A program made the position numbers and the translations under genes. From NCBI RefSeq assembly GCF_009914755.1, contig NC_060937.1: 64,000 nucleotides of DNA; one strand, written 5' to 3'. Source of the DNA: the human T2T-CHM13v2.0 reference genome, Homo sapiens. Under the pieces are notes generated by a model. That model did not search any database. It saw only the letters and a list, made by a program, of their open reading frames with translations, and was not told the DNA's origin. Shown piece after piece: positions 15,488 to 39,735 of this stretch (positions are counted from its first letter, which is position 1; every line of letters begins with the position of its first letter).

Positions 15488-15493
15488 AATAAA
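15488..15493 (+). terminator. PHF11: Probable PHF11 polyadenylation signal AATAAA
   Basis: AATAAA ~290 nt after the stop codon, followed by T/GT-rich sequence. Confidence 0.7.
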
Positions 15494-16101
15494 TTTGGAT
15501 TATACTACTTTACTTGTACCAAATTTGCCTGTTTTCGTGTCACAAAGTCTGCTTTTGAAAAGTCTCTTTTCAGCCACAGTTATCACGTGGAGATTCATCA
15601 TCTTCAAAACAAACACCTAAATTTTAAATTGGACTCTGAATAAGAACATTATCGGGAGTATGCAAGAATGAAAAAAAAAATTGACAGTTACATTTTTCTC
15701 AATCTAATATACGATTCTGGTTTTTATGCCCACACTATCACGTCTGACCCCTGAAAACTTAACATTCACAGTTCTCATTTTTTACCATGGTACTCTGATT
15801 TTCAAAAATGCTGCGTCTCAAAATGGGTTTTAACTGAGTCTCCAAGCATGGTGTCTGACATGTAATAAATAAGTACTGGAAAAATATTTGCAGGAGATGA
15901 AAAAGAACAGTCCATTCCAGTTGTAATGGCAGCCCTAGCCTAAGTTCTTATATCTTAGGGACAAAATCTAAACCAGTGGATTTCAAATCCGGCCGCACAT
16001 CAGAATTATGTGGGGCACTTTAAAAACTACAGAAGTGAAGACCCCATCCAACACCCTCTGAACAGATTTCCGCTAGTCTAGATGATTATTGATTACTGTA
16101 G

Positions 16102-16444
<343 letters not shown>

Positions 16445-17034
16445 TCTTAGCAAAGTTTATCTGACTAATCATTCTGATGTCATGATCTTTATTTAAAAAA
16501 AAAAAACCTTTGTCCCCCACTTTACTTTCACGTTTAACCTGTGACTCACACAGCATGTAACTGTGCACCATGGAGCACCATGTGTTTGGTGGCCATGAGG
16601 CTGGCTACTGGGCAAACCCGCGTATGGGTTCATAAGGCGGAGCCGAGTATGAACTTCAGCTATGTCACTACTGAAAAACTTGAATCCGATTATTTAATCT
16701 GAGAATGCTGCTGCCTACCTTATGGGACAAAATATGGACAGTAAGTAAAATGTGAAGCAGAGAGCACAATGTCTGGCACTGTGGGAAATAAATGTCAAAA
16801 CACACCCATGCACGCACACACTCCCCTTGCTAACATTTCTGTCTTATTTTCTCCATTCTAACCAAACTTAATTATGATAAGCTCTGGAAGGCTCATTAGC
16901 CCCCATCTCTAAGCCTTTGCTTGTGCCTCTTTTTGTTTTGGAGATGAGCTAAAAGGACACTTTATATTTTCCCCTATCCAACACAAGCGTTATCTTCAGA
17001 ACAACTAACTGCTTGTCATGTTAACCCTATTAAC

Positions 17035-17391
17035 TGTATTAGTCCGTTCTCACACTGGTATGAAGAAATACCAGAGACTGGGTAATTTATAAAGGAAACA
17101 GGTTTAATGGACTCAGTTCCGCATGGCTGGGGAGGTCTCAAGAAACTTACAATTGTGGCGGAAAGGGAAGAGGCCCGTCTTACGTAGTGGCAAGTAAGTG
17201 AGAGCACGCAAAGCCCAGGGGGAACTGCCATTTATAAAACCATCAGATCTCATAAGAACTCCCTCAATAGCATGAGAACAGCATGGGGAAACCGCCCCCA
17301 TAATCCAATCACCTCCCAACAGGTCTCCCTCAACAACTGAGGATTACAATTCAAGATAAGTTGGGTGGGGACACAGAGCCAAACCACATCA
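17035..17391 (-). mobile_element. Solo MaLR LTR (MSTA/THE1-like) between the two convergent genes
   Basis: TGTATTAGTCCGTTCTCAC...GAGACTGGGTAATTTATAAAG...CAGAGCCAAACCACATCA. Confidence 0.8.
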
Positions 17392-17834
17392 TCCTATTTG
17401 GTTTTCTCTCACTGACTGTTATGAAAAGCTCTTTATAAGTATCTCATTGTGTTGTTAATTCCTAAACCTATCTCCCTCTCTCCTAATAATTCATATGTTC
17501 TTTGAGGATAGGGAATATGCCTTTCCCTTCAAGTACCCCCAAAGGTATAGACACATTTTTCTACTGTGCCAGTTCAACTGTACTACCCTTCAGCAGGAAT
17601 AAAATCCAAAGATTTCTATGATGTTTGTGTATAGTTGAGAATCAAGCAGTTGACATGTTCATGCTGGTACCTATTTTTAGCCTGATACCCATTAAGAATC
17701 GCACCACTGATTTTTTTTATTATGGTAAAATATATATATAACCTAAAATTTGCCATCCCAATCATTTTTAAATGTATGGTTCAATGGCATTAAACATTCA
17801 TTTTTGTGCAACCATCACCACCATGCACCTAAAG

Positions 17835-18201
17835 CAGCAGTCCCCAACCTTTTTGGCACCAGGGACTGGTTTCGTGGAAGACAATTTTTCCACGGACCAT
17901 GGGGATGGGGCGGTTGGTCGAGGGTGGGGAGGATGGTTTTGGGATGAAATTGGTCCACCTCAGATCACCAGTCATTAGATTCTCATATGGAGCACACAAC
18001 CTAGATCCCTTGCATACTCAGTTCACTGTAGGGTTTGCACTCCTATGAGAATCTAATGTTCTAATGTTGCCACTGATCTGACAGGAGGCAGAACTCAGGC
18101 AGTAATGCTCACTCATCCGCCACTCACCTCCCGCTGTGCGACCTCTTCCTAACACGCCAGGGATGAATATGGGTCTGTGGCCCAAGGGTTGGGGACCCCT
18201 G
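17835..18201 (+). mobile_element. MER1B-like hAT-Charlie DNA transposon inserted into an L1 fragment
   Basis: CAGCAGTCCCCAACC...GGTTGGGGACCCCTG termini; exact 8-bp TSD ACCTAAAG. Confidence 0.85.
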
Positions 18202-18503
18202 ACCTAAAGGACTCTTCATCTTGGAAAACTGAAACTCTGTATCCATTAAACAAGTTCCCCATTCTCCTCTCCCCTCAGACCCTGGCAATGACCATTCTAC
18301 TATGTCTCTATGAATTTGACTAAGTATATCACACAAATGGCATCACATAGTATTTGTCTGTGAGTGGCTTATTTCACCCAGCATAATATCCTCAAGTTCA
18401 CCTCTGTGCACCATGTGTCAGAATTTCTTTCCTTTTTAAGGCTGCAGACTACTGATTTTGAAGGAAAAAAACAACTCTACGTGCCTGTTTTAATGTTACT
18501 TTG

Positions 18504-18509
18504 TTTATT
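18504..18509 (-). terminator. RCBTB1: Probable RCBTB1 polyadenylation signal (AATAAA on the - strand), implying a ~2.2 kb 3'UTR
   Basis: TTTATT on the + strand at the end of largely unique AT-rich sequence, just before the L1/MER1 block; other sites are possible. Confidence 0.6.
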
Positions 18510-20649
18510 AACATGTCGTTCTAAATATTACATAAATACAGCTTACATACTAGAGTATCAAACATTGTTCCAGTAAGAAGTTCAAGAGTACATTTAGGGC
18601 TATCTTAAGAAATATGAATACTTTGGCTTCCATTATTACATTAGATGAAAAAATCAATTCAAATAAGAGTTGTCATATCCTGCTATGATTAACAAAAAAA
18701 CAAGTAGAAAAATAAGAGAGTGTATTTAAAAAAAATAAAGATAATCAAATGCTTTTTGAAAGACCTGTTCTCTTCACTGCCACACATATTCATACAAATG
18801 ACTTAGTAATCTAATATGAGAAGTGGTCCTTCACTTATATTAGGAACTTGGTAAATATTTGTTGAATGAATGAACTATCTATGGATATGAATTTACTACT
18901 TTAATTTGTGCTTTTTTTGAAAAAAAGTTTTCAAGTAAGAGCAATAGTAAACATACTGAGTTCACATTTTGCTCAGATCATAAGCCTATAAAACAGTGAT
19001 TGTTACAAACACCACCCATCATAGCACAAATCAATGTGCATTTCTGAAGCTAGTAAGAAAAGTTCTATCATGTTGTAGAACGAATTCTAACCGACTAATT
19101 CACTGGGCTTCAATCACTTGTGATATGGTCAAGAAAAGGGGGCTGGGGCTCCTAGGCTTGTATCTATTTCAGCTATCAGTGAATTCCTATCTTTAGGGCC
19201 TCACTCCCCTTCCCACCCCAATAGACACAAATTTAAAAACATTGCTAAAAATAGTAGTTGTAGCATGTCTTCACCCACTTGTAATTTGGCTCTGAAAATG
19301 TATTCAGGCTCCAGGTTCAGAAGAGAGACTTTCCAAGCAGGAGACAAAATTCACTAAGGGAGCTCACTCAAATGGAAATGAGTTCATGGACCAGAGAGCA
19401 AAGCAAAACATTGCTCTTAAAAGCAAGCTCAACGGACACACATGATGAAACTCACAGTTGAACACTCTTACATCCCAAAGTCACCTTCCATAACCAGTTC
19501 AAATAAACTACTGTCTTTTAATAGGATCTTTTCAGGAACACCATAATTTTGGTGCTTTTTCAAGGTGAAATTGTGCTGTTATACCTAAGATGTTTAAAAA
19601 CAGAGGAAAACCAAAAGTTTCAAATAAGCCAATGTGTGATGGATTTGGCCTAAAGTAGATAAAGCAAATTCCACTAAGTCCTGTAAGAGGGTTGACTTGA
19701 AGAACCACTTCTTCTAGTCATATATAGTAGATATGATGATTCAGCAGTCATAATTTAGGAAGGCAACAGTATACTATACATGTCATTATTTTCCTCTTAA
19801 GTTTGCATTTATAGAAGAAGGTGGTGGGGGACAATTTAAACTTGAGTTCTCAAGTTCTACCTTAATGAAATAAAACACCATTGGATAAGTAGTGGAGATT
19901 CTAATTTATAAAATATTCACCTTCATCAAATTTCTTTCATTATCAACTTTTCACGGATACTTCTAAATTACTATTCTTTATGCACTTAAATCTTAAGAGA
20001 AATCTTGACTAACCTAGAATATTTATCTTTACATAATTATCATTTCAACAGGTTTAATATACGTTAAACTTATTACTTTGATTTATCTTGAAGTTAAAAA
20101 AGTCATCAACGCAAGCACACAAACAAAAGTCTGAAACAATCTTAATTATTCCTTCACAGTAAGGCTACTAAACTAGCAACTAAGGCAGCACTTAACAATC
20201 CCCAGGTCAGCATCTTTAATTCACGATGGGGCCTCTCCATTCATCTCACAATTCCCCAACTATCACTGCTCCTGCTGTCAGAAGATTGTTGATACATGGC
20301 CCAGGAGAGTTGCTGCCAACTTCCCCTTTCCAAGTTCAGAAGTTCCTCTAATCAAAAATGAAAACAAGACCAAAAACGACTAACTTTCACCCTTTTACAT
20401 GTTCCAGCCCAAATTTACGAAAGGTCACATTTAAAATACACTTATCTGGAAACAAGGGTTGTTTAAAATGGGCTCAAGAAAAGCCGTACACCCTTGTTAT
20501 GTTCCTACACAAACAACTGTGTCCCAGATGTGGAAAAAAACAACCTGATGGTCTTTTACCTGCAGAATCACATCACCCGTAGAGCACAAACTGGACACAT
20601 CCTCAACAGTGCCCCAGAGCACTCACACAGAACCCAGCAGCCTCGCGCT

Positions 20650-20847
<198 letters not shown>

Positions 20848-21280
20848 TTACTTCTCTCTGAGCCCTTTACCCCAAATCTCTCACCCTCCCCCAGAAAAGA
20901 TATTTGAGAGGCCAGATACCTAAAACTAGGCAAAAAGGTGACCACAGGTAGGTGTGAGAAAAACACATACTATTTATTCAACGCAGTAAAAGCAATGGTC
21001 CTCTAACTCAAAGTACGACTCTTCAAAACACACACACGCGCGCACACACACACACACGCAAGATCTACAAGGGAAAGAATTTCCTGCACGATTATCACAT
21101 AATCTAGTTATGCTCAAAGACATTGTTGTAAAAGGCAGAATGCCACTTTAGTCTGCAGAATGTGTTTTGTCACGTTCAAGACATCAGAGAAAAGAATTAA
21201 GATGTGGGTTAGTTTAAGAAACAGAAAGGTAATGAAGAGATATGGTCAGCCTAAAGTGGCACATTAAAAAGAAAATCCCA

Positions 21281-25691
<4,411 letters not shown>

Positions 25692-27397
25692 ATTTTTTTT
25701 TTTTTAAAGCACACCTTCATGGTGAGGTATTTCAAATGTTTTCACTCATTTATTTAATTCAACATGCATTTTTGAGCGCCAGCTCCATGCCCACACTGTG
25801 ACAGACTCTGGGGAATCACACTTATTTGGAGTCTTTCTAAAAGAAGTTTTTATCATGTTTATACTTAATATGAGAAAAATGAAAACTAGTAAAGGAAATG
25901 ACCTGCTGGCACAGGAAGCAGCAGCAGAGGCTTTTTCTGTAAACTTCCTAGGACAGATCTTAGCTAAAAGTGAGGAAGAAGTTTCCAGCAACTTGAGCCG
26001 AGACATCTGCCTCTGCCCAGGTTGTTCTCACTGGTGTTAGTCAGCAAGGTCTGATCCTGAGTATGGAACTCGTTAACAAGGAGGAGGAGCGTGGAGAGGC
26101 CCAGAGAGGATTCTAACATCCGTCACCAAATGGACAGAAAAGGCACTAACCCAATTTAAAATTATATCACCGGGTGGAAATAAAATCTAAAGAAACAGCT
26201 TTTCTAATAAAGAGGTTCAGGGTGTCACAGGAAGGACAGGAAAAAAATCATACCCCATTTTCTATTAGAAATGATTTACTTTGATCATCATTCCATCTGT
26301 TGTCGGGCTGCAGACAAAGTCAGCTACATTTGACCTTATCAAATATTTATAATCAGAATATAGCCTCAAACAAAAATAAGATACATTTTGAAAACATCGT
26401 GGTCAACTTTGATCCCTATGTGTGATGAAGTGTGTCCTCTTATACCTCAAAGGACACAGCTGCAGATCTTTGCAGGTGTTTGATAAACTCCTTGATACCA
26501 GATATTCTGCTTTGTCAAATGACAAAGTATCTGCAAGGATAGGCTAATTGTAACATTCTACATGCACAACTTAGCTAGATATTTTGAAACTCCAAGGCTA
26601 TTGCTCTCTACCTTTTATTCTCTCTGAATCTGTGAAACCAACCATACCCGCCTTCAGCTCACTGATCATCCTTAATGCTTCCTTTAAGGTACTATCTTCA
26701 TCCAGTTCAACATTTATCAGGTGCCTAATATGTGCCAGGCACTATAGGGTATACAGACGAATGAGACAGTTCCTGCTCACGAGGAGCTTACAGTCTGATG
26801 CTTTGGTTCTTCAAAAAAATGCACACAAACTTTCAGACTCCCCAAAGCCCATTAATTCACAGGCTCAACAGATCTGTGAATCCCAGATTAAGAACTCAAC
26901 CCAGTGCAAAAACAAAAGGAGTCCACAGCAAGTTCTTAACAGGTAAATAACTGTGAGCTGTAATTAGACACTAATAGAATTGCAGAGCGTACACAGATAC
27001 AAATCATACACATCCCCAGCTTATGACAGGGCAGAGGTGGAAAGACAGCAAGGTAAGTCTCGAAATAAACACATATGCTGACATTAAGAAAGACTTGAAA
27101 CTAAAATATGCTGTTTGTTAGTCCAATTAGTTGTGGCACCTTATGTTCCAACCTGCAGCACAGCTGCTAGGACCTTGGTTCGTTTCCTGTCTTACTTAGA
27201 AATGAAAGTAGAGGAACAACGACTTTTGAAACAATGAACAGGGAATTAAGAAGCAAGGGCAGATTTCAGTTTTCAATGGGTTCACTGATTCCCTAAACAG
27301 AAGTGGAGTGACTCATCGTTTTCCATGCCTCACGCAAGAAGCGGGGGAGACGAGCACAAAGGGAGTTAAAGGTGGTCTGGTTTCTGTTTGTTGTTTA

Positions 27398-27562
<165 letters not shown>

Positions 27563-27849
27563 TCAAATGTATAATAATTTCCAATACACAGAGATTTTGT
27601 TTTGGTGAACAGAGGTGTACAGGTAAATTAGAAGTTTCTTAGTGGATAAGATTCTGAATTTGAGTAAATAAATTCTCTTTTTTACTGTCTGCCTCCTCCA
27701 CTTCCACACCTCTCCTATATTTACTTTATACAATTTCTTCAATAGTGCAAAGAAAGAGCAAAAAATGCAATTTCAATCCTCATTTTGTTTCTAAAACGCT
27801 AAATGCATTAGCAACTTATACTTCACTACTAGAAAATTAAAATAAGCCC

Positions 27850-27977
27850 ATAGCTTAATACCTAGGTGATGGGTTGACAGGTACAGCAAACCACCATGGC
27901 ACACGTTTACCTATGTAACAAGCCTACACATCCTGCACGTGTACCCCAGAACTTAAAAATAAATTAAAAAAAAAAAA
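27850..27977 (+). mobile_element. 5'-truncated L1PA/L1PB 3' end
   Basis: gcaaaccaccatggcacacgtttacctatgtaac...gaacttaaa plus A tail. Confidence 0.8.
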
Positions 27978-28129
27978 GTCCTTCAGTAACATTAGAACAA
28001 AAAAGCCTATGGTCATAAACTAGGTCCAAAACTATTAACCATAATAACTACACAATACTATTTTTAAAGATACTTACTTCAAATCTTTTTTAAGCACCAA
28101 ATTAAAGCCAATACACCTGAAGCTTTTTA

Positions 28130-28420
<291 letters not shown>

Positions 28421-28461
28421 CTAATTAAGTTGATAAAATCAGATAAACAGAAGTATCCTTG

Positions 28462-31030
<2,569 letters not shown>

Positions 31031-31221
31031 AATATGGACAAATACTTAAATTCCTACATTACACTTTTTCTAAAACGCTCCATGAGTGTACACAAAAAAC
31101 TCTTTGACATGAAATGGACTGATACTATCTGCAAAAATATTAAGTAGTGACATTTCTCTCTACTACCAAGGCTATTTTTTATCAGTACTCATTTTGTGGA
31201 ATAACAAAGAAAGAAAAGTCA

Positions 31222-31416
<195 letters not shown>

Positions 31417-32903
31417 TCAAGGAACAGATTGAAGATTCAAAAGACTTCAAAAAGATCATCATGACCGTGATGGATAATTCCACTTGTTTTTTTTTCAAGA
31501 GTTCATACCTTGTTTGACAAATCAATTCTACGGTATTAAAGTAAGTATCCTGCATCTATAAACTACCAAAGAAAACCACCAAAAGATGGTATTTAGAAAG
31601 GCTAAATACCATCTTATATGCCTAGTTATACATTAGAAATGTATATTTTTAAAGAAAAAAATTATAGGTACTTCATGATAATATAATAACCCCCTCTCAA
31701 AACGAGTGGTTCTCTTCTAAGACTAAGAATTTGTTTCCCTTGACTGAAACACTAAGAATATCTTTTTTCTGCTTTGGGGTACTTTCAAGGGGTCAGCATA
31801 CCCAACTCAAGGAGGTGCAAGAAACAAACTTACCACTTAAATGGTAATGCTAAGCGGTCATGTTCTCAAGCAGAGAAACTCTTTCCTAAGTATCTGGAAT
31901 CTAAACATCTCTGTTAACCCTAAAAATCACTATATGCATAATCCTTACTCACTGTCTAAACACAGAGCAAATTCACTTAGAAACAACACCTACATGAAGG
32001 GAACAGTTTTATAAGAACACAGGATCACCTTACCTGATAAGAAGAATTGCTGTTGTGGTTATATGTTAAGTAGAACTGTGTTACTACAAGGAAAAGTAAA
32101 GGCACTTGTACAAATTCCCGGAATGCTTTCTTGTGTTTTATATGTATGAAAGAAGAAAAGAAGCAGAAAAGGGCTAATGGGGAAATTTTTTTAAATTCCA
32201 GAGATCCTGACCAGGCATCGAATCAAGCTGCTATGGATACACGAAGCAGGTTTCAACTGCCCACAGCTGAGTTAATAATCAGTGTCTTAATCAAAGACCT
32301 CGGCTTCCAAGCCTGGGATGAACCATTTTCCCTTGGTAGCGTGCTGTTACCAGAGCAACTCCTAGAGGAGGGACAACAGCTAAAACCTAGGCTGAAACTC
32401 AACAAATGAGCTTATCTGCAAGCTTTATCATCAGACTCTCCCCCAAGGCATTACCTTTCACCTAAGCCCTGTGACCTTAACTGACAGCCCTCCCTCCACC
32501 CCATGCAATGCAGAGCTCTCCTGGCTACAGAGGAAAGGTAGAAAACCTCTCAAAAGTCAGGCTTCCCCTGACCTTGCAACCTGGATCACTGGTGGGTAAA
32601 AGAATACAAATGACTAAGATGGGCCAAGAGTCCAGGAGTCTAGATTGCTACCCCCACCCATCCAAAAAAAAACCCACTTCTCATCAGTGCTTCAACTTCT
32701 GCATCCAGTCTTAGGCTGAAATGACTCTTTCTCCTCTTTGCTCCTGGCAACAAGTATAGTACATCCTTTCAGAGAAGAAATCCTCCTCAAAGGGGTGAAT
32801 TCACCATGTGACTTTCCTTCTAACACTCAGATGAGATCACAAAGTGAGAGGGAAAAAACACTTTTGACTTTCAGTGGGTGGAAGGGAAAGAAGTTATCTA
32901 GGA

Positions 32904-33430
32904 CAGCAGTCCCCAACCTTTTTGGTACCAGGGACCAGTTTTGTGGAAGACAATTTTTCCACGGACCGAGGCGGGGAGGAGGATGGTTTGGGGATGATTC
33001 AAGCACATTATGTTTATTGTGCACTTAATTTTTATTATTGTTACACTGTAATATGTAATGAAATAATTACACAACTCACCATAATGTAGAATCAGTGGGA
33101 GTCCTGAGCTTGTTTTCCTACAACTGGACGGCCCCATCTGGGGGTGATGGGAGACAGTGACAGATCATCTAGGCATTAGATTCTCATAAGGAGCTCGCAA
33201 CCTGTATCCCTCGCATGTGCAGTTCACAATAGGGCTTACGCTTCTTTGAGAATCTAATACCGCTGCTGATCTGATGGGAGGTGGAGCTCAGGCGGTAATG
33301 TGAGTGATGGGGAGCAGCTGTAAATACAGATGAAGCTTCGCTCACTGCCACTCACCTCCTGCCGTGCGACCCAGTTAATAACAGGCCACGGACCAGTACA
33401 GGCATATGGCCTGGGGTGTGGGGACCCCTG
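32904..33430 (+). mobile_element. MER1A-like hAT-Charlie DNA transposon (527 bp)
   Basis: same terminal inverted repeat family; exact 8-bp TSD ATCTAGGA. Confidence 0.88.
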
Positions 33431-34435
33431 ATCTAGGAGGATATAGTCAATGACCATATTTTTTCCAAACTTAACATTTAAATTGTTAGGACATTTGTTC
33501 TGAAAAGAATGCCTGTGCCATTTTAAGATATAAGAACTGGGGGAAGCCTTTTATAACAAGTCCAGGTTAAGTAGTATATACAAATCTGAAGATATGTACA
33601 GAAGTGCTTCAGCTGGGTATGCCATACATGTGCAATTCTGGCCAAATAGTCCCATTCAGTGAACCAATTATTTTCCAATCACAATACTCACTGCAAAAAA
33701 AAAAAAAAATACTGTATTATACCTAAAGAACATGGCAAAAATAAAGTGAAAGGGAGTATTCAATTGGTTTCACTTTAAGGCAAGCTTAACTCTTCCTAAG
33801 CACCCTTGCCTCCATGCCCATGACTGGTCACCTAATTGGGACAACTCCACCTGTCTGACACACCTAAGCATGACGTTTTAGAAAATTAACCTTCAGTATC
33901 AATTGCTGAACAACCCAAACACCTTAACTGCCAAGAACTACATTAATTTTCAAGCACAGAGCATCATGACCCACTTATTCCCTCTGCTTATAAATAAAAC
34001 AACTTAAAAGAAATATGCTAGCAAAAAGGCAAACATAAACAAGAAATAAAATAAAAAGATTAAAGTCACCTTGTAAATGGCTACTCAGTTTTAAGACATC
34101 CTAGCTTTTTCAGCCAATAATGGACTCTTAAAGAAGACAATATTCAGAAAAGGTACAGATTATGTAACCAAATATCACCCCAAATTCCACTACCCTTTAT
34201 AATACCTCTGTTTTGATGCCCTTCTGAAATAAAAGAATTTGAAATCAGTTGAAAGACAAAGATAGAAAGAAAGAAGATGGGGTTAATGTGTCACCTTAAA
34301 AACCACAAGTTGTTTGCTTTTTTTATTGAGACAGGGTCTCGCTGTGTCACCCAGGCTGGAGTGCAGTGGTGCGACCACAGTTCACTGCAGCCTTGACCTC
34401 CCAGGCTCAAGCAATTCTCCACCTCAGCCTCCTGA

Positions 34436-35003
<568 letters not shown>

Positions 35004-35004
35004 C

Positions 35005-35760
<756 letters not shown>

Positions 35761-35830
35761 ATGAAAGCACTTATGAGAGAAAATTTAAAGTTCATGGTAA
35801 TATTTTATAATATATGAATACATTTGATTA

Positions 35831-36190
<360 letters not shown>

Positions 36191-36496
36191 TTACTTCATG
36201 ATCACAGAAGCCCACAGCACACCACACAAGGCAATTTAAAAGTTCATGCTTGCAATACCTCAGAAAACAGTCCAAGTTCCAGGGACACTAGCTGCCAAGT
36301 CACAGCAACAAAAGCAACAGATCAGGGCAAGAGCACTGTTCTCCTTTCCCAAATGCCCACTTCTCATCCTCAGCTCACTGTGAGTTAGGATAGATCACAC
36401 AGACCGCCGAGGAAAACTTGGAAAACAGACCAGCAAATCCAAGCAAATGAGGAAAGTGGACACTGAGAAAATGCCCTAACAAATGTGATGGCTTAA

Positions 36497-36658
<162 letters not shown>

Positions 36659-37614
36659 TAAGTTTTGTATTTTTTATAGAGACAGAGTCTCGCTATATTG
36701 CCAGGGCCGGTCACCAACTCCTGGGCTCAAGTGATCCTCTGCCTTCGCCTCCCAAAGTGCTGGGGATTACAGGTGTAAGCCATCGTGCCTGGCCCATTTC
36801 TTTATAAATGTAACTTTTTCTCTCATCTCCTACCAGAGCTCAGAACACTCATTGGGCTGATAAGCATTGGCTGGGGGTCACGGACTCTGAACGTTCCAAT
36901 CCAAAAGGAAAACAAGCCAAACTTACTATATTTCTCAGTAGTATGCTTCTTGGGTAAGGTCTCATAATCAGAAGTCAGCACTCCAGGACATAGGAGGTAA
37001 AACCTTACAATTAGGCTGAACAACATCAAGCATCTATTCCAGTAACACATATTATATCAAATCAATATTTAAACAGATAATGTCCTTTCAAGAGCAGATT
37101 TATTTAAAAGTTGTTTTACTTGGCTCAAAGTAAAAGTTTATATTACACCATAAACATCAACATGGCCATAGACCTTACTTGTCTTCCATACTAAAAGGGC
37201 AACAGCAAGACTGCAGTAATTATACCAAGATGCATTCACACCTATCAATCACAGGTGGTTATTTCAGAGAGCTACATAAGAATCATATCAACCTCATGTT
37301 CATTCTGGCTACTACTCAAAACACTTTTGCATAGGCCAGGCACGGTGGGGCTCATGCCTATAATCCCAGCACTTTGGGAGGCCGAGGTGGGTAGATCACT
37401 TGAGGCCAGGAGTTCAAGACCAGCCTGGCCAACATGGCGAAACCCTGTCTCTACTAAAAAATACAAAAATTAGCTGGGCATGGTGGTACACACCTGTAAT
37501 CCCAGCTACTCAGGAGGCTGAGGCAGAAGAATCACTTGAACCCACGAAGTGAAGGTTGCAGTGAGCCGAGATCGTGCCATTGCACTCCAGTCTGGGTGAC
37601 AGAGACTCTGTCTC

Positions 37615-37710
37615 AAAAAAGGGAAGGGAAGGGAAGGGAAGGGGGGAGGGAGAAGGGGGAAGGGGGAAGCAGGGAGGGAGAAGGAGGAAGGGGGAAGGGA
37701 GAAGGGAAGG
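37615..37710. repeat. Polypurine (GGGAA)n-like tract grown from an Alu tail
   Basis: ~95 nt almost entirely G/A. Confidence 0.9.
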
Positions 37711-37840
37711 TTATCTCTTTTGTCCAAAATGAGAATGTTAATAAACAGAAGAATCACAAAGCCAAACACCACAGCTCTGCCACACACAGCCCCAAGGCCA
37801 CATCGCACACACAGTCCCAAGACGTGGCACAGCCAAGTTA

Positions 37841-38047
<207 letters not shown>

Positions 38048-38228
38048 TTAAAGGCTATAGCCAGCTTCTGCAGAATGCCAAATCATCATCAGGGGTGGAC
38101 TGACATTTGCTGGAACATTAAAAAAGCATTAGAAGGCCGGGCGTGGTGGCTCATGCCTGTAATCCCAGCGCTTTGGGAGGCCGAGGCAGGCAGATCACAA
38201 GGTCAGGAGATTGAGACCATCCTGGCTA

Positions 38229-38445
<217 letters not shown>

Positions 38446-38640
38446 CTAAACCTTAGGCTACTGAATTTTTCCATTTTTTTTTTTTTTTTAACTTGTCGAG
38501 CCTGTTTTGCCAACACCATAGTCTTGCTTCTCCTCGTGGGAAATTAGGGAAGATATAATATTAAATATGGAAGATGAAGGCACAGAGTATTGCCAGAAAA
38601 GACTGACTGAAGAGTAAACCTCCAATATTTCTCCAAGTTA

Positions 38641-38832
<192 letters not shown>

Positions 38833-39585
38833 TTAAACTGCTGGTAAGAAGGAAGAGACAAAAAAACCAGCCCATCTAAACAAATCAGATACTTCCAACA
38901 CCTATATTCTACTCTATGCTCCTGCAACTGATCTCCAAACAGAAGCTATTTTGGAGAAGGGGATGACAGAATTGGCATCAGTTTCTACTCCATGACTTAC
39001 TAGTTAGATAGTCTGGGGCAAGTCACTCTTTCCTGTTTAATACATGAGGAAGTTGAGCCTCACTAACAATTATTAAGTACCTACTGTATGTCAGAACACT
39101 CTGAAAGGTACTAGTTTTTGGTCACAGTTTAACAGGCGAAATAGATACATGCAAATTTTTTGCTGATGGGTAGCAAGTGCTACAATAGGTATAATCAAGG
39201 CGCTGCAGAACAGCAAGGAGGAAGGCTTTAGCTCTAGGAAGAAAGATTAAGGAAGACTTTTCAAAAAGTGGAGATTGGAGCAGAGCTGAAGGATGAAGGA
39301 GAGCAAAAACATTCCAAGCAGAAGGTATTGACTGTGTTAGAAGCTAGTTTAGAAGATAAGTAGGTGGGCTTGGCTGGACACATCTGCGGTAGTGGTAGTA
39401 GAAAGACTAGAAGAAGGCTGGGTGGGGTAGCTCACGCCTGTAATCCCAGCACTTTGGAAGGCCAGCGTGGGCAGATCACCAGGTCAGGAGATCGAGACCA
39501 TCCTGGCCAACACAGCGAAACCCCATCTCTACTAAAAATACAAAAATTAGCTGGGCGTGGTGGCGCGTGCCTGTAACCCCAGCTA

Positions 39586-39735
<150 letters not shown>

